A program made the position numbers and the translations under genes. A stretch of DNA of 27,026 bases from Azolla caroliniana. Its lineage: Eukaryota > Plantae > Polypodiophyta. Shown in pieces: positions 9,208 to 19,800 of the stretch. Where the stretch lies: positions 1 to 27,026 of the forward strand of contig JBHGNT010000416.1 of the NCBI GenBank assembly GCA_043228905.1. The letters are read 5' to 3'. The notes beneath the pieces are model-generated. The model did not search any database. It was not told the DNA's origin and worked only from the letters and a program-made list of their open reading frames with translations. The number at the start of each line of letters is the position of its first letter. Position 1 is the first letter of the stretch.

Positions 9208-10351
9208 TGATGACACTTAATAGTGTCTAGTCGATAATTGTGTGTAGTCTATCGGTAGACTGTTGTCAACTATTGTGGAAGTAGGAATCGACAACGGCTC
9301 GGCTCAAGCCTAAATCGTTTAGCTAAAGCGGTTTATCGACTTAACGGTTCGGCTTCGCTCAGTTTAGGCTTGAGCCTACCTAAACGGGTTGAGCTCGGCT
9401 TGAGTTGGCTTGAGCCTCGCCAAACCAGACGGTTAAAGCCATTTAAGAATTAGGGTTTAGAAAGTTAGAAATTAGATCGTTAGAAATTAAAAGTTAGAAC
9501 TTGAAAGTTGACAGAGAGACTGACAGGAAGCTATAGCCAACATATTGTTGAGTGACAAGAGAGGGAGAGAGAGCTTGCATAGTGGACGATTAAGGGACCT
9601 CCTTGTTGTTGAGTGCTATATACATTCTTTGGAGAAAGATTGGATCACCAAGAGTAATAGATCGTCATAGCCTCGGGCCTCATGGTTCGGGTGGTGGGAG
9701 GTAGGGGGATTCATGGATGTCAACCGACCAATCATAATAGTCTACAAAGAGGGAGTCGCAGAGGTGGGACTTGGAGTTGAGTTTAACTCATTAGTGGTAA
9801 GGCCACGGGGGTGGGATTTATGAGGAGGAGAAGAAGAGTAGGAGGAAGTGGTAGTGGTGTGTTTTGGGTATCTTCAGCTTTTTTGTCCCAAACCGGTTCC
9901 CAAACCATTTCACAATTCGGGTCCACGATTCAGTTTTGGCTTAACCAGTTTAGGGATCGATTCAGTTCAAGTTTGAGAACCCCAAAATGGTTTAGGATTA
10001 GCTGGTTTGGCATGGATAAGGCCAAACTGGTTAAGCCTAAACCGAACCGTTGCCGATTCCTATGCAGAAGCATGAGTGTGGATCTTGTTGATGTGAAGCA
10101 AGCACGTGTAGAGTAAGTGTGAGGTGTTGTGATCATTGTTTTGTTTCAAGATATACACAGAGAAAGAATGTACAGAGAGACAAAGACAGAGAGAGAGAGA
10201 TACACAAGTAGCAAAAGAGAAGATATGTATAACATTCGTTAGTTTGTACAAGGAGAAATTCCTCCTAGTTATACAAGAGGGAACTGAGCCCTAACTATAG
10301 GGAATGTTCACACTAAGGTACAACAATCAGAGTAGGACTTTTAGTTCAACA
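9208..10351 (-). repeat. 5' LTR of the - strand Copia (~355 bp without the hAT insert)
   Basis: On the - strand it starts TGTTGAAC (10351) and ends CATCA (9208) before the PBS. The outer boundary is less certain than the inner one. Confidence 0.7.
9282..10062. mobile_element. Non-autonomous hAT element/MITE, 781 bp
   Basis: TIRs TAGGAATCG[A/G]CAACGG[C/T]TCGG. 8-bp TSD TGTGGAAG/TGCAGAAG, both derivable from TGCGGAAG by CpG decay. Many subterminal AACGG/AACCG motifs. Confidence 0.88.
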
Positions 10352-11416
10352 TTAATGGAAGGAAGTGTGAGTGAAAGCATTCCGTTCTTGCCCGTTTGCC
10401 ACCAATGGGGTCTATGATGGTTTGAACTCCTTGCCTCATGACGACAATGTGGAGGACGAAATTTGTCAAGTGAAATCCATGATCATCTAGTTGACATGTG
10501 CTAATCAAACTCTTCTTTAGTTGAGGTATGTGCTGTACATGTTGAAGTGTGAAGAAAATACCATATTGGAACTACAAATGCACAGTGCCAATACTTGCAT
10601 TGTTGTGTGCATAGTTGTCCCCGAGATGGACAAACCATGTCAACCTTGTATCATCAGAAAAACACTAATGTCAAAAGAAGCATATGAATCGAGAATCGAA
10701 GCGTGCATGTCACCATTTTTATCTACAAGTAACCTGTGTGGATTATAGTATGAAGAGACAAAGAATGTCATTCTCGTGTCACTGTCATGATTGCCCACAT
10801 TTAGCTCTTCAATTTTACATTGCTCTTCTTAGGTTTTCATTCCTTCATATCATCTTCATTATCATGTGTCTTTATACCATTTCCTTTCTCGTTCTTCCGT
10901 TTGTAGTAGTCACATATAAAGTGACTCTTCTTGCCACAATTATGCCATTCTACATATTTACTACGAGCTTTGCTATCAAGTTTGCCTCTCTATTGTAACA
11001 TAGCCTTGGTATGCAAAGCATCAGAGGTCCTATTGGATGCATTGTTTTGCCAATTCATCTCTTCCATGAGTAGAGAACTCTAGACATTAGTTGACAAAAG
11101 CATCGCAAGCTTTTGTTAGTGCATAAGTGGATTGCTTGTAGAGAACCTATACATGGGCGAATTGTGATGAAATTCAACCCACTACTTGTCTCCTTCTTGT
11201 GCTACCATGTCGTGAGTTGTGCTAATTGTCACCTACTTTGAAATGTGACCTATCGCGCTGACTGTTAGGCATGTTGAAAACATGACCCGTTGAATAAACT
11301 AACATCATTGGACCACACACACATACACAAACATATAGAGAGAGACCATTGTAGAGGCAATGATATAGAGATGCATAATCCATTTTTTCAGATGTCTTCC
11401 CTTTAGGTTTTTAGGT

Positions 11417-11441
11417 ATATATATATATATATATACATATA
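11417..11441. repeat. (TA)n microsatellite
   Basis: TATATA run with one interruption. Confidence 0.85.
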
Positions 11442-11559
11442 TGAAGGTTAAAGTGTGAGGACATGTTCATGCCCACCCACTAATAATATGCATAAATGGT
11501 CCTTTATTCCCAACATCAAATGCAAGCCTAGTTCAATGGATATCCTAAAAAGTCAAGGA

Positions 11560-12400
11560 CCAATTGTTATTGATAGGTTGGCAACTTCAACGAGTTTTCT
11601 ATTATGTCAAAGGAATAAAAACACAAGCCTTCCTAGGGTGACATGGAAGCATGTTTATATACTCCAACAAGCCTTGATGGGACATGAATATTAAATATAT
11701 ATGAACACATGTTGGCACAATGAGTCTCATTCTAATTTCGATGTTTGTTTGAGGAATGCTAACCATGGATAAAGTTCATGACTTATTTATTGAAATGGAT
11801 GGGATCCTATTTGGAGAAACAAATACAATAGTCTCATGGTGGAATGTAGTGAATAATGATAAATGTACGACATGTTTTGGGTTAATGATAGCTAGTCATT
11901 TACTAGCTTTTGGGTAGAGGGTGTTGGATGGTCCTATGAAATCCTCCATTAGACAGAGAATCTACAAATTCATTGCAAAAGGAGGTCTTGTAGACATTGG
12001 ATCTAAATTCAAGTTCATTGAATGGCAAGGGATGGTTTGAATTTAGTGCAAGATGCCATGGTGGATGGCCAAAGAAGATTAATGATGTTCAAACAGGCAG
12101 AACTAGATTTGGGATTGATAACAATTACATTACTCATTTGGTCGAATATTCAAGGATTGTATGCATTGCAAAGTCAGATCACTCATTTTTGTTGGCTCTT
12201 CAATCGAGATTGATTGCTCATGTGAGGGACATGAGAGCCTTGCCAAAGTGAAAACAAGTGATGCCTATCCCAAATTAATCCAACGACATGAGTGGATGCC
12301 AAGGAGGGTTGTGAGAGAATGGGAAGTTTCAAAGTCCATCACATCATGCGATGGAAAATCGTGTTAGAGATTGTTGGCATTCTCCTATTTTATTCAAAGG
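11560..12400 (+). mobile_element. Possible highly degenerate LINE ORF2 C-terminal remnant
   Basis: Weak resemblance only (..NLVQDAMVDGQRRLMMFKQ..RFGI..) across frameshifts. No diagnostic RT motif. Confidence 0.22.
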
Positions 12401-12755
12401 TAAGGTTTTCATTTGGAGGGTTATGGCCATCAAGGGTATTACCCGTTCTAGTTATCTTAAGAAGCAGAACGATGCTTTTGGATAAACTTCAATACACATA
12501 ATTAGAGAGACCAAATGTATTGTTTCACTTATGATCACGTATCAATGCAAATCATTTACACAATTCAATGACATATAATGTGCTAACTTCATGATGATTA
12601 AAATTGATGTTAATTGTCATGTTTTGTAGCGTTAATCGTGTTATTCAATGGAGTAAATCTTGACCCCCTAAATCGCGCCAGTTTTCACCCTTTCAAGCAA
12701 GACCTTCGATATATCCGAAAAGCAAAAAAGAAACATTTGCTTTTTGTAATCCGGT

Positions 12756-12764
12756 TTAGGGTTT
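12756..12764 (-). promoter_or_regulatory. Telo-box (AAACCCTAA) near the presumed MED23 transcription start
   Basis: + strand TTAGGGTTT, with further copies at ~13265 and ~13471 in intron 1. Telo-boxes are common near plant housekeeping gene starts. Confidence 0.45.
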
Positions 12765-12789
12765 CCGGCAGTTTTCAAGAAGATTAGTA

Positions 12790-13046
12790 AAAATCTCCTC
12801 CGTTGTCGTTTCTAGCTAAAAGCAAAAAGCAAAAAGCAAAGCAGAAAAAGCAAAAAGCAAAAAACAGACAGCAAACAGCAAAAGAAGCACAGTTCTTAAA
12901 TGGTTCAATTTCTGTTTTTTTCAAACAGAGAAAATGAGCAGAGAAGCGCAGAGTCACTACTGAGGTCTTTCGCCCCCATCTTTTACTCTCCATCATTCTA
13001 TCGACCTGACGCTCTGAAGTAGACGAGCTTCAACTTTCTACTGACC
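12790..13046 (+). other. MED23: Putative non-coding first exon (5' UTR) of MED23; start approximate
   Basis: Strong donor GTAAGT at 13047, followed by a T-rich intron ending TTATAG at 13718, 59 nt before the ATG. Confidence 0.5.
12817..12889. repeat. Imperfect (AAAAAGC/AAAGC)n simple repeat
   Basis: Read directly. Confidence 0.8.
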
Positions 13047-13777
13047 GTAAGTTTCTTCTTCTTCTTTTTTGATTTTTTTTTGTGTTTTTCTCTTGTCCAA
13101 GTCTGAAAAAATTGGGGATTTCTTCCAAAGACCTAGTTCTCCTCTTTTTTATTTCGTTAATGTTGATTTTATCGCGGGGTAATCATTTATATATATTGTA
13201 GTAAATGTCTATTCCATGATGAAATAAAGTCTGGGAGCTATTTTTTTCCCTCCCGCTCCGAAAATTAGGGTTTCTGCAAAAGATGAAGCTCATCTTTTAT
13301 AGCATGTATATACAGTTATGTTTTTATATATATAAATGGTTGTTTAAGGTTAGTACATTACTGGTTTTCTATGGTTCCAGAGAAAAGAAAATCTTTTAAA
13401 CGCTTTGTATTTTCGCATTTTTTGTTTTTTAACGGTTCACAGTGTGTTTTCGCCTCATTATTTTGTTTGCTTAGGGTTTCATATAAAATGATGTAGGATA
13501 AGAACCATGTCTTTCCCCCCAATTCTTTTTTTTTTCAGACTTAAGAGAAAACATAGTAGGATATAAACCATGTGTTTATTTCCCTTATTATTTTATGGTT
13601 TTAGAGAAAACCTAGCAGTATATAAATGATATGTTTTTTCCTTTACTCTTTTGTTTTTTAGGGATCTAAATAGAACCTATGAGGATATGAACCATGTAAG
13701 TTTGGTTATTTATTATAGGTTGGATTGATAGAGGAAATTCTGCTCCATTCATGCATTCTGGATCACCAAATTGAGCT

Positions 13778-13858
13778 ATGGAGACCAACAATGCAAGAAC
13801 AATACAATTACAAGCCCTGAAAACAAATGTGCAAGACATATTTAATCTCTACCTAGGG
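13778..13858 (+). CDS. MED23: MED23 coding exon 1
   Basis: METNNARTIQLQALKTNVQDIFNLYLG; donor GTATGT, phase 0. Confidence 0.85.
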
Positions 13859-16800
13859 GTATGTATGTAAGATTTATGTTCATTTCTATATAGATATATA
13901 TGCAAAAGATGACTTTATGCTGAAACTTTTAAATACATTAAAACTCTTTACTCTATAACCATGGGTTATGTAAGAATAATGTTCGTTCATACATATATAT
14001 GTCCCTACTAAATTTTTAATAGTTCTAGGCTAAAATTCTTAAAATGATCAAAATTATTCAATATTTATCTAGTGGTATGGATGTAAGCTTGATGCCCATT
14101 TCTTCATATTTATATAAGTTCTTCTTTCAACTACATTTGAATAGTTTAATGTAAAAAATATGTGTATGTGCTTGTAGGAGTCATGTCCACTACATTTTAA
14201 TAGCTTTATGTTAAAAAACTCAAATCTGTTAAAAGACATCATTGTCGAGCCCTGTGCTCACATTCTAATAACGTTTTCTGTTTTGTTTGGTATAAAAGCT
14301 ACTAAATTTCATGAGTATTAAAAGATTTCAAGAGCATCTAACCAATCAAAATGATGTCTTATTTACGAATTTTAATGTTTTATATCTAGTGAGGCATGCT
14401 ATTTTAATGTATTTATCTCTTTTATATCCTAATATTATTATATGCGTGACTAGAATTTAAAACATTCAGTATTTTTCTTTGGTAATACTACTAACTTCAA
14501 CTGAGATGTGGCTCCAAACCCAGTGTGCATTTTGATAAAAATTAAAATTTGCTTTTCATTTTCTTCATATAATAGATTTCCTAGAAAAATGGTTGTCAAA
14601 ATATTAAATAAAAGCATTGTGCTAAAATGATCATGGCATTGCAGGGCCCAAAGAACACTAAGAATGAGGACACACGGAAAGATATTGGGTCAGTATTGGT
14701 AGAATATTATTTACCCTTTGTTTTTTGAGTGCTTCAACAATGATTGAAAATGTTCACTTATGGAAATAGATCTTCAAAATAATGTTGTTGATCTGCCTTA
14801 CATAAGAGCGATTAAGTTTCTTTATCCTTAGAGGCTCTTTGATGCCTACGTACTGATTGAAAAAATTTCAGATAGAATATAATGCAACATGATGTTATTA
14901 TCTATGTGCTGTATATATAGGACTCGCAATTAATCATGCACTTTTATAATCTTTGGGTAATAACACCATAAGGGATTTGTCATTGAACTCTAAAGCAAAA
15001 GAAGAAAATCCAAAACCGTACTCGCTTATTATGATCAATACTGATGATATTAAACCATTAAAGAAAGAATGGATTAAGGGTGCTTAACCACACCTCCCAC
15101 TCTGAGCAAAGGATAAGCTAGGAATACAAAATTTTATCAGCATCCCATACCACTGAATATGCCGTATACCCTGGAAGTCCAGTAGATAACATACCTGCAA
15201 CAAGAGACCTTTGCCTTACCAACAAAGTTTTTATTTCTCTAAGACGCTGTGTGGAAAGAGCCAGCATGTGTCCTAGATCCTTATAAGCTGTCTCAAGTCC
15301 TACAATAGCTGGTTGCCGCTCATCTTACCCTTAAATCCATTAAGATTAGCTGTTAGAATTGGTGTCTCAAGCTATGCCTATAACATAGCCACATAGTATG
15401 ATAAGAGAATTATAAATATTCCTGTCTGATGTCTAGCTTGATCAAGAAGCAATGGGACTCCACACCCTTCTGTCACGTTTGGATCAGTTTCTGTGTATCA
15501 AGTGGAAGAAAATTGTGTTTCTACTTATCTCTTAGGTATATGTGTGATTGCAAATAAGAACAATAAATAATACAAATAAACTATTGATATTTGCATAGTA
15601 TCCATATCTGGACGTGTCATGTGAATTTTGATGCCAATAAAATTAAATAAATGAAAAAACACAATAATAGGTAAACGAGTCTTTTCAAGAAAAAATTTAC
15701 AAGGCATATTAGACTTCAAATATTTAATTTATGTATGTTCACCATAATATTTATTCTTGAATGTTGGATAACAGAATTATTGTAAGTAGTGTTTTCCAAA
15801 CTTCTGAATTAGTTGACTTGGTCAGAATTATTTTCAGGAAACGTATCAGGGACATAGACAAGCAAGGAGTTCCAAAAGATGAAGAATTTGCAAACGATCT
15901 TATTCACTTGCAAAACCAATTTCCAGTAAGACCATTTAAGAGAGAGAGAGGGAGGGAGGGAGAGAAAGAAGAAAGAAAGAAATATTAACGTCTTTGAAGA
16001 GGCCAAAATGGCCTATAAGACCAAACAAGAGATTACATCTTAAGTGTTGTCTCGTCTTTGAGAACAACAAATGAAAATAGAATAAGTAGTACTCAGTAAA
16101 TATAAAAGTAAATAAGATAAAAACAGACGAGGGAATCTGGTTTTTGGCACATGTGAGATTCTCAAGTTAGACATATTGTATCTTTTGTCCTCGAAAGATC
16201 TCTAGCATAGGTCGACCCAGAATGGAGAGGTCTCCGAAGCGAGGGAAGCACCTGCGATGGCGGGAGATAATGACCTTTATCTGTAAATGGCAAGGGTGCT
16301 GCTGTTGTGGTCCTTGGGGCAGGGCTCTACGTGCATGACAAATTGCTATTGCCCGATCTATTGTAACCCCTTTGTTCTGTCCTGGTCAGGAGCCTATTTG
16401 TGTATCCCTTGATTGACTCGTAGCATTAGTAGGAGTGATGGGGCTAAAGAAAGTTGTGATTGGCCTTTGTGGATGAGCTTGTGTGGCTGTATTATTGTGA
16501 TGATGAATCCATCCTCTGATGTGTGTAAGAAGTGTCTTTTAGAGAGAGAGAGAGAGAGAGAGAGATTTGCTTATCATTTTCAAAGCTCAAATATGACCTA
16601 TGGGACCAAAACTGAATCATTTGTACATAATAAGTGTCGAATTTAGTGACTTGACTGTCAATGTTTGAGAATTTTATGGATAAATGTTGCTTTCAATAGT
16701 GCACATTGTGATTGTGAGAGGAATGCGTGTAGGGAGAGGACAATGTTCAGAACAATGTGAGAGGAATGAAATAGATTTGAACCCATGTGCATGGGTTAGT

Positions 16801-19800
16801 AAAACATTGGCATACCACTAGGGTACATCACTAAAAAAAAGGACTGGGAGGAAATACCATATTAATATCTCTGACAATACAAAAGCAAGTTATGAGTTCA
16901 AAAAATTACAATGATAGGTTTGATTGTTTTCTGCAGGACCATGAACAGTTGAGACTAGTAGCTGAATCCATTTTGGCCGCATTGCTCGTAAGTAGCAGTG
17001 GTCACACAATCCAAACAGAATTCCTATTATTTGCACTTCATACTTTGTTGAGACTAAGCTTACTGAACTGGGATTCTTTCCTACCTATGCTCCTAAGATC
17101 TGCAACTGCAACAGAGTCATCTTCCCCACCTAGACATTTGATGCAGTCTAGCTCTAATGTGGTAGGAAATAATACAGCAGTTCCTGGTTCCCATACATCA
17201 CCTATGGTTTTGCAACAAGTGTCAACACCAGCACCCCCTGCCTCCCCTGCTTCTGCAATCATTGGATCACCTCCGTACTCAGCCAATGACAATTCCACTA
17301 TTCAATCTCCGGCAAAGACAACCGATACATCTTCACTTGCATTGCCTACCAAGGGGATGCCTTTTGCCAATGGAACGAAACCTGCTTCTTGGCTTCGTCA
17401 AGTTGTTTGCAAAGTACTTTCAATAGCCCTTGACACATCAGATTTCTTACACCCTGTCACATGTTTTGAAGCATTAAGTCACATGGTTCAGTGGGTGCAC
17501 ACATGGGATGCAATGGGGTCAGATATCAGTGAAGAAAGGAAGCTTTATGTATTCATGGCAAGGCAACGTGATGCGATGGAGTGGCTTTATGATTGCTTGG
17601 ATATTATCAAAGCCTTGGTGGATGAAACAAAGAGCCGATTACCATTTTATGCTTTGTTGCATGATCATACACAAATACATTTGGATAATTGGCCTGATGA
17701 TGCAGTGCTTTTCCCATTCTTCCTAGAAGTCCATCGTAGGAGGGATAAAATCTCCTCCTACATGCAGATGCTGGACCAACATCTGCATTGCCCCACCTTT
17801 GCAACCCTCCGCATGGTTGCTCTAACATATCAAGGTGCAATGGGTGAGCCTTTGCATGGTGAGGTAAGTTCCATTATCTCCTAGTTCTGGAAATACTCTT
17901 CTATAACCTGCATGTTTCATATTGACCTATCAATAATTATAGCAATACCCACATAAGCTTATTAGTATTCTTTGATATTACTTGTGGCCAAGATTGCAGG
18001 CTGTAAAACTTTCCCTTTCAACAGTAGAGATAATAACTGTGTTAGGCCTTGCTGTGTCTAAAAGCCCTTGATAAATGTACTTATCTCATGTAAATACTTC
18101 TAGGCTTTGTAGAAGACAATGATGAATACCATAGTGAACCAAATGTCTCACATCATAAACCCAAACAATTGTATTAGCATATTTAGAAGAACATAAGGTG
18201 TTGTACAAAACTCATGTATAACCATTTTCCCTTCATGTGGGTATTAATGCCAGATGCAGATGCATGTTGTCAGCAGTTAAATGCATTTCTTCTCAACTTG
18301 ATTTGTAATGTATGCAATGAGTTTGTTGTGCTGTGGGTTTTGAGTTGTAGGATATTTCTGCCACTGTTCCTAAAGGTAGTATTGAGTGGGAAAGGGCTCT
18401 GCGGTGCCTCAGGCATGGATTACGTGTTATACCTTCTTCAGATTGGTGGAGAAGAGTTTTAATAGCAGCTCCAAGATATGTGCAGCCATCAACTGCATCA
18501 CCAACAACATCACGGCCAGCATACTTCATCTCAAGTGTGCCAAATTTTGTATTTACATCAGAAATGACCTGTGAAGCTGTTGTTGATCGGATTATGGAGC
18601 TTATGCAATCTGCACCCACAGGCATTCTATTCTACCCACAATTTACATTTTGTTTAAGTCTTATTTGATTAATACTTTTCCAAAAATATGGGTTCTGTAA
18701 GGGTTGTAAATTCAAAGAGGAATTGAAAAGAATTTAAATGCTTGTAGTAGCAGATTTTAGAGATAGATATCTTCTTTAATCTTGGTAAGTGGAGGGCATG
18801 TTTTAAAACAGATTTGCAAGCTTGTGCGTATTTATATAGAGCTATTTAAGAGCCATAATAATGTTGTCCATACAATAGTGAGGCAGCACCATTTTCAGGG
18901 TCTTTCAGCAAATGGTCATCTATCAGAAAATGTTAGTTATCTAGAGCTCAAACATTTTGGGGCCTAATTGTTGTGAAGTATGCAAAGTTTTTGTTAACAT
19001 GGAGATATGTAAATTTCACCTTGACAGAATGGAAGCCACTTAGAACTGTCAGACACTGTTGTGTACAAAAGGGGGCATGAGGAAAAGAAAGAAAGAAAGA
19101 AATATTAACGTCTTTTAAGAGGCCAAAATGGCCTATAAGACCAAATAAGAGATTACATCTTAAGTGTTGTCTCGTCTTTGAGAACAAATCAAAATAAAAT
19201 AAATATTACACAGTAAATATAAAAGTAAATAACATGAAAAGAAAAGAAATGAGGGAATCTGGTTTTTGGCACATGTGAGATCCTCAAGTTAGGTATATTG
19301 TAGCTTTTGTCTTCGAAAGATCTCTTGCATAGGTCGATCCAGAATGGAAATGTCTCCGAAGTGAGGGAAGCACCTATGATGGCGGGAGATAATGGCTTTT
19401 ATTTGTCGATGACAAGGGTGTTGAGGTCGTGGTCCATGGGGCTGAGGCCTATGTGCACAGAAAATTGCCATTGCCCGATCAATTGTAACCCCTTTGTTAT
19501 GTCCTGGTCTGAAGCCCATTTGTTGACTTCTAGCATTAGGAGTGATGGGGCTAAAGAAAGGTGTGATTTTCTTTGTGGATGAATTTGTGTGGCTGTATTC
19601 TTCAACAACTTTTCCCAATGTCTCTTGAGCTCTAGCAAGAAAAGTCCTAGGCGTCGTTGGTCCTCATATTCCATTACCTTGCATAGTGGGCCAAAGCCTT
19701 GTTTAAAGAGGCAATGGTATCTCCCTCTGATTTCATAAAAAACACTACAATGACAAACGTAGTGTTCTTCAGATTCCATTCCTTGATGACACAATTGGCA

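Larger units (their letters stand above)
6680..10351 (-). mobile_element. Ty1/Copia retrotransposon, degenerate 5' half (5' LTR, PBS, gag, protease, integrase) with nested insertions
   Basis: PBS TGGTATCAGAGC. gag from ATG ~9176 (FALWKEMMQD, TAFALWEKLQSVYEKK, QLFNMKM, UBN2-type). Protease WLLDSGATFH. Integrase LGHMS..CEHC, FHSDI, FIDDY, DNGGEY, TPAMQNSVA. Many stops and frameshifts. Confidence 0.9.

Noticed and set aside
10521-12501. Short ORFs (60-105 aa) as genes
   Set aside because: No recognisable domains or consistent splice chain, and the lengths are expected by chance.
16892-17884. Stand-alone 330-aa gene
   Set aside because: It is an internal MED23 exon (16937-17863) with read-through into the flanking introns.
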